From positions 1-35,625 of the IMG/VR virus record IMGVR_UViG_3300035397_000191: a stretch of 35,625 nt of DNA, one strand, 5' to 3'. How positions within the stretch are numbered: the stretch's first letter is position 1; each line of letters opens with the position of its first letter. Shown piece after piece: positions 33,324 through 35,625 of the stretch. The position numbers and the translations under genes are program-made. The notes under the pieces were generated by a model. The model saw only the letters and a program-made list of their open reading frames with translations. It did no database searches and was not told where the DNA came from. Origin of the DNA: a virus (lineage: Duplodnaviria > Caudoviricetes).

Positions 33324-35624
33324 TTAAGATTTAATTGTAGAGATATTATCAATAAAATCAACTTGGTTTTGCGCTCTTTTAAGCTCGACTAAAGAGAGTT
33401 GCGGTGGTGGTTGCTTGCTTATAGCGTTCGCCAATGCATCATAGTTAATAGCAGGGGTTGTGTTCACATTTGCAGCCCCACTTGTTATCGTATTACTTCC
33501 ACCAGTAGCCTGAATATCGCCAACTGACGTACTTAATGGGGTTGCCATCTTTGAAGTCATATCGGGTGGAATACTTGTAGAAATACTTGGTGTACTTCCA
33601 CCACCACCATCTCCAGGCAATCCTGACTTTACAGCCCATACATCTTTTATAGCTTTTGCCCCTACTACTGCTACTGCTGCTGCTGCTGCAATACCTAATG
33701 GAGGAATAGCAGCAAAAGTTGAATAAGCAGCCATCGCACCCTTATATGTATCAATAGCAATTTGAGCAGATGCAGCAGCTTTACCTACCTTTGTATTTTT
33801 ACCAAATATAGTTGCAATGTTACCAGCAAACTGCGAAGCTGCGTTAAGGTTTGCATCCCTCTCTTTTTTCTTTAATTCGATGTTTAAAGCTGTGTATTTT
33901 TCATTAATCAGGTTAATATCTGCACCAGTTTTTTCAGCGGATTCAACTTCTAACAATCTTTTATTTTCTAATGATTGTCTTTCTAAATCATAGATATACT
34001 GATTATTTAAAATAGCAGTGTCATATTTATTTTGAAAGTCCATTGCATCCGCAGCTTGTTTATTTACTTTTTCGTTTTCTGCAAATGCTGCATTTTCAAT
34101 AGCAAGTTCTGTTTTTAGTTGTTGATTAGAAAGCTTTACTGCGTTTGCATATTCAACTTGATTAATTTGTTGTTTTTCAAATAATTCAGATGCTTTGTCA
34201 ATTTCTAATTTATTTTGAGCCTGTATTTGCAATATCTTATTAGCATGATATTTAGCATCTGATAAAATTATACCAGCGTTTTTTTCTTCATTCTTTAATA
34301 AAGCAAGTTGGTTTTCATAGTCGAGAGCTTCGATTGCTTCATCTGCTTTCTTTTTATTTTGTTGTTGTGTAAATTCAGCATCTAATATAGCAATTTCAGT
34401 TTTTAATTTTTGATTAGATATTTTAACATTATTATCATATTGTCCCTGTGTAATTTGTTTATTATTTAGCAAAACTTTTTGAGCCAATAATTCATCTGAA
34501 TTTTGTTTTTGTATATCTAATATTTTTTGTTTATGTGCCTGTTCGTCTGTGAACTTTTTACCAGCGTTCAACTCTTTTGACTTTAATATAGTCATTTCCG
34601 CTTCATAATTTAATAATGCTATTGCATCGTCTGCATTCTTTTTTAAAATTTCAAGTTTAGCATCTGCGTTAGCATCTGTTTTTGCAGTAGATTCACTTTC
34701 TATTTCAGCCATTAATGTAGCAGTAACCCCTGCTAATTTTTTAGTTCTATCATAGTATTGTTTTTGTTCGTTATATTTTTCAGCTTGTAACCGTGCCAAC
34801 TCGTCCCGTTCTGTTTGCGTTAAATCTTTTTGAGCTTTACCTCGCACTTTCATATCATTAAGGAACAACTTCAATGCATCGTTTGCCCTTTGTGCATCGC
34901 CAATAGCATTTTTTCGTTCTATTTCGTCTGCTTCTTTTGCAAATTTAATACGCTCTTGAGTATTAAATTTATCTTTTTGAGCTATCATTTTTCTCAATTC
35001 AGCTACTCTTAATTGGTCTTTTGCATCGTCAACTATATCCTTTCTAGCTGCTGAAACTAAACGCTGTCTTTCACGTTCCAAATTGATGGCATTTTCAGTT
35101 GCTTTTGCTACATTGTTAAGCCCTGGTATAACTGAAATAATACTTGTAATAAACTTACCCATTGCCAACACACCATCTATTAAAGCCTCTGCTATTTTTC
35201 CTAAAACAGTAAAAACAGAATCTAAAGCAACTTTAAAAGGCGCTGCAATTTGAGACACTTTTTGCATTGCAGAACCGTTTGATTGCATTGCTTTTACCAT
35301 AAGCATAACAGCTGCTGCTATTGCTGCAATAATAGCTACAATTGGATTTGCTAACAATGCAAGTAATTGCTTACCAAATCCTATTACTGCCTGTCCACCT
35401 GCTTTAAAAGACCCTGCTAGTCCACCGTTTGCAGTTATAAAAGAGTTTATTCCTTTTAATCCGTTTACATATTGATTATTTAAACCATCTAAATTCTCTG
35501 TTAAATTACTAGCTCCAAGTCCTAAAGCTTTCATTTCGCTTTTTTGCAATTCAATAGCTTTTGTACTCTCTGTTATTTTTACTTTATTTTCTTGAATTGA
35601 TTTTGTAAGTTGAGCATATTGTGG
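33324..35624 (-). CDS. Tail tape measure protein (5' truncated by window)
   Basis: Open to window edge; LLANPIVAIIAAIAAAV, long Ala/Lys/Glu helical runs, KAAASAQIAIDTYKGA. Confidence 0.88.
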   Translation of the reverse strand, partial: PQYAQLTKSIQENKVKITESTKAIELQKSEMKALGLGASNLTENLDGLNNQYVNGLKGINSFITANGGLAGSFKAGGQAVIGFGKQLLALLANPIVAIIAAIAAAVMLMVKAMQSNGSAMQKVSQIAAPFKVALDSVFTVLGKIAEALIDGVLAMGKFITSIISVIPGLNNVAKATENAINLERERQRLVSAARKDIVDDAKDQLRVAELRKMIAQKDKFNTQERIKFAKEADEIERKNAIGDAQRANDALKLFLNDMKVRGKAQKDLTQTERDELARLQAEKYNEQKQYYDRTKKLAGVTATLMAEIESESTAKTDANADAKLEILKKNADDAIALLNYEAEMTILKSKELNAGKKFTDEQAHKQKILDIQKQNSDELLAQKVLLNNKQITQGQYDNNVKISNQKLKTEIAILDAEFTQQQNKKKADEAIEALDYENQLALLKNEEKNAGIILSDAKYHANKILQIQAQNKLEIDKASELFEKQQINQVEYANAVKLSNQQLKTELAIENAAFAENEKVNKQAADAMDFQNKYDTAILNNQYIYDLERQSLENKRLLEVESAEKTGADINLINEKYTALNIELKKKERDANLNAASQFAGNIATIFGKNTKVGKAAASAQIAIDTYKGAMAAYSTFAAIPPLGIAAAAAVAVVGAKAIKDVWAVKSGLPGDGGGGSTPSISTSIPPDMTSKMATPLSTSVGDIQATGGSNTITSGAANVNTTPAINYDALANAISKQPPPQLSLVELKRAQNQVDFIDNISTIKS

Positions 35625-35625
35625 C

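Noticed and set aside
1406-35012. Antisense/overlapping ORFs such as 1406..1687, 1781..2053, 3455..3709, 8193..8510, 13079..13609, 25881..26108, 29135..29383 and 34830..35012
   Set aside because: Shadow frames opposite well-supported genes, with no motifs
1-35625. tRNA, rRNA, integrase or prophage att ends
   Set aside because: None recognised by eye; lifestyle and prophage status cannot be determined from this window

Overview
Most of an AT-rich tailed dsDNA phage or prophage genome. The host is probably Bacteroidota, inferred from TAnnTTTG promoters, A-rich SD-less starts and a DUF5675-type lysin. The minus strand carries packaging/head genes (1-6972: TerS, TerL, HK97-type portal, protease, major capsid) and tail/lysis genes (23315-35625: tape measure, two paralogous tail-tube genes, tail fibre, holin-like genes, lysin, spanin-like gene). 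The plus strand (7211-23240) carries early genes: YqaJ exonuclease, annealase, SSB, PrimPol-helicase with an upstream iteron origin, RusA and a Dam-like methylase. The outstanding feature is at 16.9-23.3 kb, an integron-like gene-cassette array. Ten attC-like TAAC...GTTA junctions separate small co-oriented ORF units. Nine complete units have their own two ends related by a cassette-specific ~15-bp inverted repeat. An identical 25-bp non-hairpin site closes two sub-arrays. No integrase is visible in the window. Other observations: a kissing-loop leader RNA before the origin, a candidate -1 frameshift gene in the tail region, a structured element heading the array and several decayed genes. All product calls come from motif and synteny recognition by eye, not from database searches.
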